The position numbers and the translations under genes are program-made. A stretch of DNA of 64,000 bases, taken from the sequence record OZ346222.1; one strand, 5' to 3'. The stretch comes from a phage. Positions 27,241 through 35,717 of this stretch are shown here, piece by piece. How positions within the stretch are numbered: position 1 is the stretch's first letter; every line of letters begins with the position of its first letter. The notes under the pieces are model-generated. The model was not told the origin of the DNA and searched no databases. It was given only the letters and a program-made list of their open reading frames with translations.

Positions 27241-27533
27241 TCTCCCTCTACCGTGGTCGGATTGTCAGTAAGAAATTGAGCATTGGCTGGAGGCACGCCT
27301 GACATTTTCCACACAACCATAAGTTTGTAACCAGGAACTCTATTAAGTGCAGATCGAGTAGAGTTTGTGCACGTATACTTTCGCTTTCCAAACCCGTTCT
27401 CCATCATAATCCAGTACCCAGTATCTTTGTCACCAGGTATCGGTAGACCACCTTCATCAACCCACTGAATGGACCACGGCACGATGGCTACAGCTTTATA
27501 TTTAAACTTTTTAAACCACTCAAAAAGTTTCAT
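27237..27533 (-). CDS. hypothetical protein (98 aa)
   Basis: Track ORF. Confidence 0.5.
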   Translation of the reverse strand: MKLFEWFKKFKYKAVAIVPWSIQWVDEGGLPIPGDKDTGYWIMMENGFGKRKYTCTNSTRSALNRVPGYKLMVVWKMSGVPPANAQFLTDNPTTVEGD

Positions 27534-27628
27534 AATTCAGCCTCGCATAGACATAATCACTATAAACAGGCAAACAATGAATCCGAATGCCACGCCACCC
27601 ATAAACGTTAATATTGATGCAATCATAG

Positions 27629-27826
27629 TCAATCAGCCTCGCTTGGCAACTCTTCTACCTTAACATGCCGAAAAGTGTTACCGTAATGGTTGATCCATGA
27701 CATCAGCTCGCTTTCTTGCTCTTCCTCTGGGATGAACTCTCGAATGCTGACAAGTTTTAAGAAAACCCAATCACAATCTGCACCCATTCTACCAGACAGG
27801 CAATAGTGCTTCATAAAACCCCCCAC
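27629..27826 (-). CDS. hypothetical protein (65 aa)
   Basis: Track ORF. Confidence 0.5.
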   Translation of the reverse strand: MGGFMKHYCLSGRMGADCDWVFLKLVSIREFIPEEEQESELMSWINHYGNTFRHVKVEELPSEAD

Positions 27827-27831
27827 CTGGT

Positions 27832-28026
27832 TTAGAATATTGCTTCTTCCATTGCACCTGAGAGCAACAAAGAGGTGATCTGGCTAACATTCATCTCAGA
27901 CTCTACTTCCTCCCCTTTGAAAGGTTCGCGGCAGAATAGGACTGTTTCAGGACTTTTACTTCGAACAATATAATACAAATCATTCAATGTGTTGTAGTAA
28001 TAAGTGTTAAAACGTAAGTTTTTCAT
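27832..28026 (-). CDS. hypothetical protein (64 aa)
   Basis: Track ORF. Confidence 0.5.
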   Translation of the reverse strand: MKNLRFNTYYYNTLNDLYYIVRSKSPETVLFCREPFKGEEVESEMNVSQITSLLLSGAMEEAIF

Positions 28027-28310
28027 TTTCTAGTCCCCTTCTTAGATTTTTGTGTAGAAACGCTTTCTGCAATACGAGACAAACGTTCTTCTGAAGCCTT
28101 GCCTATTCCAGGTTTTTTGAGTGGGTTATCTTTATGACCACAATCCAATTGGATATTGGATACCTCTCCAACCTTGTAAGTCAATTCTAGCAAAAGGTTG
28201 TCGTCCTTGTCAAATGTTCTTACGATAAATTTTTTATCGTTCTCCTGAACTTCGTATCGGGTACCCGCAGTATACAGCATGGTGCCATCCGCATAGGATA
28301 TCCAGATCAT
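28023..28310 (-). CDS. hypothetical protein (95 aa)
   Basis: Track ORF; ATGA coupling. Confidence 0.5.
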   Translation of the reverse strand: MIWISYADGTMLYTAGTRYEVQENDKKFIVRTFDKDDNLLLELTYKVGEVSNIQLDCGHKDNPLKKPGIGKASEERLSRIAESVSTQKSKKGTRK

Positions 28311-28654
28311 TGAACCTCCTTCTGCTGCAACAGCATTAACTCTTTGTTGGAGATTTTTACTGCTGTTTTTATTGTTCCATCTTCACGAAACCACGACCAG
28401 AACTCTACAGTGTCACCACTATCAAGTAAAGCATGCCCATGGTAAAAATCTTTGTCCTTAGACAGTTTCTCATCTATATCTGCATCAACACATTCGTGAT
28501 CCATAGCATTTTGCCTGAACGCATCGGTTATGCCAATGCACGCCTTGCTCTCAAGACTGGTATATCCGATATCTTTTAATTCAGTTTCCCAAGTCCAGTA
28601 CCCTATAAAAGCTAAAACAGCTACCCACAGTAATAACGTTTTAATCTTTGGCAT
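28307..28654 (-). CDS. signal-anchored/secreted protein (115 aa)
   Basis: Track ORF; hydrophobic N-terminus LLLWVAVLAFIGYW. Confidence 0.5.
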   Translation of the reverse strand: MPKIKTLLLWVAVLAFIGYWTWETELKDIGYTSLESKACIGITDAFRQNAMDHECVDADIDEKLSKDKDFYHGHALLDSGDTVEFWSWFREDGTIKTAVKISNKELMLLQQKEVQ

Positions 28655-28716
28655 TCTCTCTACCTCTTTCTTAGTTTATTTCACTATGGCACATCCTTTG
28701 TGCCATATCTCAACTA

Positions 28717-28959
28717 CTACTTAAATAGTAGTTCAAAATAGTGCAAAATTAACAGAAGTTGAACTACACCTAGTGCAACGGCGAGTATGTTAATCTTAGA
28801 ATCGAAAAACTTCTTAACTTTTACTCTAAAAGGTTCCTTAATGTCCTTTACGATCCTATCTATAGATGACCTCATATCTCTGATTACCATCCTGAACATT
28901 AAAGACGGATGCTCCCCCCATCTCTGTAACGGAATCAAAAACATACTCTCTTCGGTCAT
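28717..28959 (-). CDS. hypothetical membrane protein (start uncertain)
   Basis: Track ORF overlapping the upstream gene by about 100 nt; true start probably an internal Met; hydrophobic C-terminus. Confidence 0.35.
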   Translation of the reverse strand: MTEESMFLIPLQRWGEHPSLMFRMVIRDMRSSIDRIVKDIKEPFRVKVKKFFDSKINILAVALGVVQLLLILHYFELLFK

Positions 28960-29188
28960 AAGGGCCGCCAGCTCTGCGTATTAACCTCTCCACAGAGACT
29001 TCGAACGTCACACCTGTAACGTAATCATCTATAACAAGTCGTGACGGGTCTTTACCTTTACTATCAAGAGGTATCAAAGTTATCTTTCCAGATTTTGTTA
29101 AAATTTCCCCTTTTTCAAGCAAGGTGTACCAATGCTCTCTGCCAAGACTGTTGAGGCACGTTTTTACATATTTAACAAACATCGTCAC
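28856..29188 (-). CDS. hypothetical protein (110 aa)
   Basis: Track ORF. Confidence 0.5.
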   Translation of the reverse strand: MTMFVKYVKTCLNSLGREHWYTLLEKGEILTKSGKITLIPLDSKGKDPSRLVIDDYVTGVTFEVSVERLIRRAGGPYDRREYVFDSVTEMGGASVFNVQDGNQRYEVIYR

Positions 29189-29388
29189 CCCTCATCGCAC
29201 GTCTGATATAACCACTCTATAAAATCTTGATACCATTCGCCCTCTGAGCGCTCCGTAGGCCAATAATCTTCACCCTCTCGTGCATTAAAATCTGAGTATT
29301 CAACTTTCCACTCCTTTACCAGCTCGTGGAGAAGGTTTTCAGCCTGCTCTAAAGATTTATTTTTTACCATTGCTGTCTCCTTTTTCAA
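29185..29388 (-). CDS. hypothetical protein (67 aa; second ATG with AAGGAGA RBS may be the true start)
   Basis: Track ORF. Confidence 0.5.
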   Translation of the reverse strand: MKKETAMVKNKSLEQAENLLHELVKEWKVEYSDFNAREGEDYWPTERSEGEWYQDFIEWLYQTCDEG

Positions 29389-29589
29389 GATAGTTATACA
29401 TCAGAACTGCACCACCTAAGATGGCTACCAGTAACAATACCCCAGATAGCATCTCAATAAACATGGCTTGAAACACTGGAAGGCCTCCCTAAATTAACGC
29501 ACCATTTTAAATACATGCTCTTTTCCCATAAAGGTGCCTGGCTAAGATCTGCGTAGAACGCAATCTCTTTAAGAACAGTATAAACAGTT

Positions 29590-29826
29590 TTAGGTGCGGT
29601 CTCCATCCCTACCCTCCTTTTTCTCCTTCCTGATATTCTTGTAGTAATCAACTAGGCACATTATTACGATGAAGATAACAACAGGCCAAAAAGGTGCAGC
29701 AGTGATGATGGTGATAAAATCATCAAACTTCACCCTTCGTCTGGACACGATGCATACACCTGTCAAGAATACCGCTGTTATAACGGACATTACCAGGTAA
29801 CCTATTAGCACAACATTTATACTCAT
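29590..29826 (-). CDS. membrane protein (78 aa, two TM helices)
   Basis: Track ORF. Confidence 0.55.
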   Translation of the reverse strand: MSINVVLIGYLVMSVITAVFLTGVCIVSRRRVKFDDFITIITAAPFWPVVIFIVIMCLVDYYKNIRKEKKEGRDGDRT

Positions 29827-29856
29827 TGGTCCTCCCTTTGTAGGTTAAATTGTATA

Positions 29857-30390
29857 CTACAAATGGTCGCTGAGGGTGTCAAGAAAATTATCCCGTTCTT
29901 TCTCAGAGTTTTCATGTGTGTAGCTGAAAAACATATCGAGAATAACCTTATTGATATATTCCAGCTCCTCTGTGTTCAGATGCTTAGCAGGATCTACAAT
30001 GACATCCCAAATATCATACAGACCACACTCATGATACCCATAACGCCACTCAATTGTCAAGCTGAGCGGCAAATCTTTACCTTCACAAACAACCTTCCAT
30101 CTACATATGTTGGTATCTGGTCGTACCTGTGCACGGTACACCTGCACAAAATCCAATTTGAATTTGAGGTACTCGTCATACAATTTAAGCACAAAGCTCT
30201 CGATTTGTGGAGACACTTTTGCAGCAAACTGTGCGTATTTGTACTTGCACTGGATGATCTTTCTGCGTTTTGCAGTTAAATTTTTTGCCGCCAGTTGTTC
30301 TTCAGTGTATCTCCACCTACGATCAACAAACGCAACAGGGTCTTTGTCCCCATAGAGGTCTTCCCAGTTAATCAGAAGCATACCTGTCAC
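29857..30390 (-). CDS. hypothetical protein (177 aa)
   Basis: Track ORF. Confidence 0.55.
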   Translation of the reverse strand: MTGMLLINWEDLYGDKDPVAFVDRRWRYTEEQLAAKNLTAKRRKIIQCKYKYAQFAAKVSPQIESFVLKLYDEYLKFKLDFVQVYRAQVRPDTNICRWKVVCEGKDLPLSLTIEWRYGYHECGLYDIWDVIVDPAKHLNTEELEYINKVILDMFFSYTHENSEKERDNFLDTLSDHL

Positions 30391-30620
30391 TCCTCCACAA
30401 CTTCAAGGCCTTTACCGCCTCGCTCTGGCAGATTACTTAAAGATAGGTAATACATATAATCAGGAGAGATCCTGCCAGACTCTGCACCTGCAGCTAGTAA
30501 ATCCTTCCCTTTAACCAGGACAACATTCTCGTTTGCAGATAGCCGTTTTGCTTCCACAATTTTACCAACACAGTCAACCAAGGAAGGGTACCCTAAATCT
30601 GTAAGAAATTTAACTTTCAT
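30387..30620 (-). CDS. small protein, paralog family A (77 aa)
   Basis: Track ORF; MKVKFLTD...GK(I)VEA...DLLAAGA; ends LEVVEE. Confidence 0.55.
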   Translation of the reverse strand: MKVKFLTDLGYPSLVDCVGKIVEAKRLSANENVVLVKGKDLLAAGAESGRISPDYMYYLSLSNLPERGGKGLEVVEE

Positions 30621-30657
30621 GCTACCTCCTACCTACCGTCCCTGGTAAGATAAATTA

Positions 30658-31056
30658 TTACTGAACAGAGCGCGGTGCTGGGAAGGATAACTCTTCTAAA
30701 GAGAAGATTTCATTTCCTACCACCCAAGTTGCTGGGTCATCTGGATCAACAGGTTGGATAATCATTACCTCATCCGCCTCGCACACACGTTTCCCACCCA
30801 TAGTAGCGTCAGCCACTAACATACGCGGCTCTTCAGAAATGCACAGGTAGCCACCTCGGCCCACTGTTCCTTCCACGGGATCCTGCCCTTTGACCACAAT
30901 GAATACCTTCTCTCCTGTGGAGATATTACTTTTCACACTAACAGTTTGACCAACTTTAGATGTACCGATCTTGGTGGCTTCAAACATTAAATCCCGAATT
31001 ACTGTTGCATAGTTGCCGGACACTTTCTTACCTTCTTTAGTAATCTCAATCTTCAT
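30658..31056 (-). CDS. hypothetical protein (132 aa)
   Basis: Track ORF. Confidence 0.55.
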   Translation of the reverse strand: MKIEITKEGKKVSGNYATVIRDLMFEATKIGTSKVGQTVSVKSNISTGEKVFIVVKGQDPVEGTVGRGGYLCISEEPRMLVADATMGGKRVCEADEVMIIQPVDPDDPATWVVGNEIFSLEELSFPAPRSVQ

Positions 31057-31328
31057 AATCTAGGCTCCTTAAATGAATCTATGTAATCAATTAAATCCCA
31101 AGCATCGCGATGGGCTGTCAGAGGGTATACTTCTCCGAGAGGGATCATAGCAATAAGTCTATCAAAAACCCAGTCTGGACGCAACATTTTATGGTGATAT
31201 TCCCACTCACCTTCCACAGATTTTTTCTGAGTGATCAGGATCTCTGTGTAGTGTTTCGCCTGTCTTGAGTAGATTGAAAATGACTTGTACATAAATGACC
31301 CCCTCTTGTTGAAAACAACAATACACAA
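31053..31328 (-). CDS. hypothetical protein (91 aa)
   Basis: Track ORF. Confidence 0.5.
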   Translation of the reverse strand: MCIVVFNKRGSFMYKSFSIYSRQAKHYTEILITQKKSVEGEWEYHHKMLRPDWVFDRLIAMIPLGEVYPLTAHRDAWDLIDYIDSFKEPRL

Positions 31329-31643
31329 CTACCAGGTTACTGTCAAGTAGGCAACCGTATTATTTTTCTCTGGGGAGATGCCAACAACATCTACCTGCAG
31401 ACCTCCTGCCCTTAAATCTCCAACAATGTGCGGGAAGTAATCTGAGAGATGCGAGGGTAGATTTATCGAAAATCCGCACCCCAGAAAGCCTGCTAACGCT
31501 TTATTTTGTATCTCCCCTACAATCGCATCATAAATGGAGTTAAGCTCGTCAGGGAGTGTTACAGGGCGTTTTAGCGCTAGCTGGTGTAATTTGTCCTTAG
31601 CACTCATTTTCATTTCAGGTCTACCTCTGGGGGTGCCAACCAC
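31329..31643 (-). CDS. hypothetical protein (104 aa)
   Basis: Track ORF. Confidence 0.5.
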   Translation of the reverse strand: MVGTPRGRPEMKMSAKDKLHQLALKRPVTLPDELNSIYDAIVGEIQNKALAGFLGCGFSINLPSHLSDYFPHIVGDLRAGGLQVDVVGISPEKNNTVAYLTVTW

Positions 31644-32143
31644 ATAAACGGCGGCAAGTCTAAACGGTTTTTCTTATCCCACACAAAATATGCATATGCT
31701 TGCCCGTCAGTTCTGCCGTTTGATTGAAATGATGGACGCTTAGATATTGTGATCACAGTAGTAGGTGCATTATCAAGCCACCATTCAAATCTGGCTTTGC
31801 TTTCCAGAAAATTAAGACGCAAAAGCATAATAACTACGTCAGCATCTTTCAACGCCTTGTCTACAAACTCACGAGCCAGGCTGTATGGTGGGTTGGTGAT
31901 AATACAGTCAACATGGTTGTATTCTGTATTCAGATAGTCAACACCTTCTTGTATTTCTCCCCATGCAGATCCTAACGGCATACGGGAGTAGAACACACCT
32001 GAGGCACTATTCCTGCAAGGCTCTAAGTAGGTCCAGTCTTCTGGGAACGGAATAAGGTCATACAGCCCTTCTGCACACCACTCCGGTGTCACATACTCAT
32101 CGTAGGCGTTACGTTGTTCATCAGGTTTTCTAGCACAAGTCAT
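31610..32143 (-). CDS. phage-type DNA N6-adenine methyltransferase (Dam-like)
   Basis: Track ORF; YVTPEWCAEG N-terminal segment and catalytic NPPY motif. Confidence 0.75.
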   Translation of the reverse strand: MTCARKPDEQRNAYDEYVTPEWCAEGLYDLIPFPEDWTYLEPCRNSASGVFYSRMPLGSAWGEIQEGVDYLNTEYNHVDCIITNPPYSLAREFVDKALKDADVVIMLLRLNFLESKARFEWWLDNAPTTVITISKRPSFQSNGRTDGQAYAYFVWDKKNRLDLPPFMWLAPPEVDLK

Positions 32144-32194
32144 GCAAATCTCCAGATCATAAAAGCCCTCCGAAGAGGGCTTTAGAATTAATGT

Positions 32195-33244
32195 TTAAGC
32201 TTCTTCGACAATTCCTGCACCCAGGATTTTTTCATTGAGCTCTTTTGCTGTTTTAATAATATTGTCCACCAGACGCTTGCGAGTCTTATCTTTCACCTTA
32301 ACCTCTTCACCGCCGTTCAGAGTAGTCTTCAATTGAGACAGAATATCCTGAAGTTCAACGACAGAGAATCTCTGCAGATCTTCTGAAGTAATCTCACTCA
32401 GGGCAATTCTGACGGTCTCGCCACTTTCCATCTGCAGATTCAGGAACACAGTGTGAACATCACCTTTCGAACCACCCGCTTTTGCAGATTCAACAGCATG
32501 AACTAACTCATCTAAAGATGTGCACTGGTGAATCTCCGGAAGACCTGCTTCACCTAACACGCCTTCTTCATCACCTTTTGCCAGAAGCTTTTTCGGTTTT
32601 TGTCCGTTCTGGATGCGTTGTATGTTGCCTTCATCCAGAATAATAGCTCCAGTGCGTGCTGCCAGCTCTTCTCCGTCCAACCACACTTCGCCACCAGCTG
32701 TGATGGATGCGATCTCATCTTCTGTCAGCACCCCACCGTAGTATTTTTCGATCAGGCGTTCAAAACGTTTTTTCCAGTAGCTGACCTGAGTATTCATGTT
32801 CACACCGTTACCATAAGTGCCACCTTGATAGTAGTGGAACATAAACTCTGTGTCCGGAGCCACAGTACGTTCTTTACAACCAAGCCATAAGATTGTTCCA
32901 GCAGAGCAGCACATCCCTTCAGCATGTGCAACAACGCTTGCCTGAGACTCTCGGAATGCCTGCAGATAAGCCATTGCAATGTGCACGCAACCCCCAGGGC
33001 TATTGATGATCACCCGAATGCTTTCTTCCGGCTGAGCCATACGGATCGTCTGCAGACGAGACATATGATCTTGTAAGTCTTCCAAATCGTCGATATAAAG
33101 AACGTGGTCAACAACAGGTGTTGGGTAGCTGTATGTTTCCATGATACCGCCCGGCATACCAAACATTTTATTACTCATAGGTTCGAAACCGTTCTGTTTT
33201 TCTTTCATGCCGTGCACCATGGTTCTGCGAGGTGTTAAATTCAT
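32195..33244 (-). CDS. ClpP-family serine peptidase with C-terminal extension
   Basis: Track ORF; VIINSPGGCVHIAMAYL and GMCCSAGTIL match the ClpP active-site region. Confidence 0.7.
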   Translation of the reverse strand: MNLTPRRTMVHGMKEKQNGFEPMSNKMFGMPGGIMETYSYPTPVVDHVLYIDDLEDLQDHMSRLQTIRMAQPEESIRVIINSPGGCVHIAMAYLQAFRESQASVVAHAEGMCCSAGTILWLGCKERTVAPDTEFMFHYYQGGTYGNGVNMNTQVSYWKKRFERLIEKYYGGVLTEDEIASITAGGEVWLDGEELAARTGAIILDEGNIQRIQNGQKPKKLLAKGDEEGVLGEAGLPEIHQCTSLDELVHAVESAKAGGSKGDVHTVFLNLQMESGETVRIALSEITSEDLQRFSVVELQDILSQLKTTLNGGEEVKVKDKTRKRLVDNIIKTAKELNEKILGAGIVEEA

Positions 33245-33304
33245 GAGAAATCCTTAATATTGGAAGTTGAAAGCTATTTATTTAAACCTGATTCACATTT
33301 ACCT

Positions 33305-33616
33305 TTATTTAGCAATCACTATGGAATACTTACGATTGTCAGAAGCATCACAACTCAATGATTGCCAGTCTACCACATACCACGTATCATTGTCAACAAT
33401 TACTTTATCGCCTGTTCTGTAGCAAGTGCTGCTTTCAATAATTCGAGACTCGATAAAGAATCTGTGTCGGCGCTCACGTAGCAACGCTAAGTTAATTATA
33501 TTACCACCGCTGTCCTTGGTCCACACATTCTTGGATCCCTTATTTGCCAAAATTGTCTCGCCGTTATAGACAAACAGGCAGTATATTTTATTCAGTTTCT
33601 CTTGTATTGTAGCCAT
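33305..33616 (-). CDS. hypothetical protein (103 aa)
   Basis: Track ORF. Confidence 0.5.
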   Translation of the reverse strand: MATIQEKLNKIYCLFVYNGETILANKGSKNVWTKDSGGNIINLALLRERRHRFFIESRIIESSTCYRTGDKVIVDNDTWYVVDWQSLSCDASDNRKYSIVIAK

Positions 33617-33717
33617 ACTGTCCTTCTCTCTGTTTTGTCCGATAATAATATCTAAAGCTTACCTATTTGTCAACAACTGTTTTAGATATTTAAGGGTGGA
33701 ATAACCACCCTTCTGTA

Positions 33718-34506
33718 TTACTCGGAAACAGGGGTCCAAATATGATTTGCACGATCCTCAATAAGATTGAGTGCGATCTGACGACCCAACCCAGAACGAA
33801 CGACATCGTCTGGACTATCAAAGCTGATCATTCCAACCTCAGGATCTGGATGACGAGTAAAGAAATCCGTCACCCATGCAAGGCCAGATTTACCAGGGAT
33901 GTCACGTTGGCTATTATCACCCATAATTACAAGGGTGGCTTGATCAGAGATCCTTGTGATAATTGACAACATTTCTTCAGGGTTAGTTTGCTGTGCCTCG
34001 TCAATCAGGACAAAGCATCGCTCATCGAAACTACGACCACGAATGCTTTCAACTTCACAAATCTCGATACGGCTGTTCTGACCGTCTCCCAGCATTGCGG
34101 CAAAAGCACCTTTGCCAACACGACGACAAATCGTGTCCATCATGCTTCGAAGATAGGGCCACAGTTTCTGCATTGCATTTCCAGGTTTAAATCCTGAAGT
34201 CTTTCCTGTCTGAACGTAAGGACGTGCAACAATAATCTTATCAATCTCGTTCTTACGCAGAAGATCACCTGCATATGCAGATGCCATGAATGTCTTACCG
34301 GATCCAAACACACCGTTTACAATAATAATCTTACGTGACCCTAGATAATCAAGATACTTTTGCTGCTTCTTATTCATTGGTCGGAGAGCTGGAGCGGTGT
34401 GCTCTCTTTCGTCAGCAAATTTCTCAGCAGCCTTACGCAGGCGATCAGATTTGCGAGCCTCTCTAGCTTCATCACGCATGCGTTTTGTTTCTTTAGCTCG
34501 ACCCAT
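33718..34506 (-). CDS. phoH: PhoH-like ATPase
   Basis: Track ORF; Walker A GVFGSGKTF and PhoH-like downstream motifs. Confidence 0.85.
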   Translation of the reverse strand: MGRAKETKRMRDEAREARKSDRLRKAAEKFADEREHTAPALRPMNKKQQKYLDYLGSRKIIIVNGVFGSGKTFMASAYAGDLLRKNEIDKIIVARPYVQTGKTSGFKPGNAMQKLWPYLRSMMDTICRRVGKGAFAAMLGDGQNSRIEICEVESIRGRSFDERCFVLIDEAQQTNPEEMLSIITRISDQATLVIMGDNSQRDIPGKSGLAWVTDFFTRHPDPEVGMISFDSPDDVVRSGLGRQIALNLIEDRANHIWTPVSE

Positions 34507-34544
34507 GTTGGGACTCCTTTCAGATTGAGATGTGCCAAGTACTT

Positions 34545-34895
34545 TTACTGCAACAGTTTTTCAATAGCCGCTTCCATGCTGCTTGCAACAGCCTGAACTC
34601 GGATATTCATCTCTTCTTGGTGGATCAGCTCCTTAAGCTCTTTAATGGTAAATTCTTTAGAGAAACCTTCCACCATAATCTTGTGCAAGGCTTCTTGCGT
34701 GTCTACTTGCAAGAACTTTTCCAGTTTGTTGGCAGAGGCTTCTAAATCAGCCCGAATACGAGGGTCATCTGTGCGATTCAGCATTAGGCGTAAGCCATCA
34801 AGATTAGTAGAAATAGCATCTGCATGTTGAGTAACTAACCGTGGCAAAATGAGATCTACAAACTTATTAGCCAAATCGATACGTTCTTGTGTCAC
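34545..34895 (-). CDS. hypothetical protein (116 aa, GTG start)
   Basis: Track ORF. Confidence 0.5.
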   Translation of the reverse strand: MTQERIDLANKFVDLILPRLVTQHADAISTNLDGLRLMLNRTDDPRIRADLEASANKLEKFLQVDTQEALHKIMVEGFSKEFTIKELKELIHQEEMNIRVQAVASSMEAAIEKLLQ

Positions 34896-35005
34896 TGTTG
34901 CACCCCCTCTTCATCTTCATGATGTTTCTTTTCACGCTTGTGTTTTTTCTTAAGCTCAAGCGCAATCTCTTTCTTGTACGCCTTCTTCAAGGCTTTTTTA
35001 GCCAT
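34892..35005 (-). CDS. hypothetical lysine-rich micro-protein (37 aa)
   Basis: Below track cutoff; GGAGGTG RBS; stop overlaps downstream GTG start. Confidence 0.45.
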   Translation of the reverse strand: MAKKALKKAYKKEIALELKKKHKREKKHHEDEEGVQQ

Positions 35006-35067
35006 TTGGCACCTCCTCTGCTTTCATTACGGCAATTATAACCAACTCAACAAAGCTTTGTCAACAA

Positions 35068-35541
35068 CTAGTCTACCTGAACCCAACCGCCTGATACTTT
35101 TTTAAACATTCTTTGGTTATCACTGCCTCGGAACGGTTTCTTGGTTGGTAAATCTTTTACATACTTACCGTCAATGATGATATCAGCCAGTTTAAGAACA
35201 TCACTAGAGATATGGTCAAATGTGAACCCAGTATATACAAGAATAGTTTTCTTGTCACCAAATTTTTCCTTAATTTTCTCCATCAGGCTAATAATATCTG
35301 GCTCATTATAGTATGCTAAGGGTTCTCCACCCAGTAGAGAGATACCGCACACAGACGGGTTATCTAAATCTGACAAGATTTTTTGCAAGTCTTCTTCAGT
35401 GAACTTCCTCCCCTTATCTTTTGACCAAAATGCCTGATTAAAGCAACCAGGGCAATCGTGTGGGCACCCAGATACCCACAAGGCAGTTCTAATACCTGGT
35501 CCTTCGGTGTAAGATATTTCTGTGTATCCAGCAATGTTCAT
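35068..35541 (-). CDS. nrdG: anaerobic ribonucleotide reductase activating protein
   Basis: Track ORF; radical SAM CPHDCPGC motif; directly downstream of nrdD. Confidence 0.9.
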   Translation of the reverse strand: MNIAGYTEISYTEGPGIRTALWVSGCPHDCPGCFNQAFWSKDKGRKFTEEDLQKILSDLDNPSVCGISLLGGEPLAYYNEPDIISLMEKIKEKFGDKKTILVYTGFTFDHISSDVLKLADIIIDGKYVKDLPTKKPFRGSDNQRMFKKVSGGWVQVD

Positions 35542-35654
35542 AGATACTCCGCATCACATTTAGGGCAATGCCAAATAAAATCGTCTAGTGCCTTGCACCA
35601 ACGAAGATTACAACTACAGCCGCACTTGCAAATTTTATAAATACCTGATGACAT
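35538..35654 (-). CDS. Cys-rich zinc-ribbon micro-protein (38 aa)
   Basis: Below track cutoff; GGAGGTG RBS; seven Cys including CKCGCSC and HCPKC; stop overlaps nrdG ATG. Confidence 0.45.
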   Translation of the reverse strand: MSSGIYKICKCGCSCNLRWCKALDDFIWHCPKCDAEYL

Positions 35655-35717
35655 ACTGCACCTCCTAGCTCACTGTGTGTCAATAATATGCCACATCCTT
35701 GTGGCTTTTGTCAAGAA

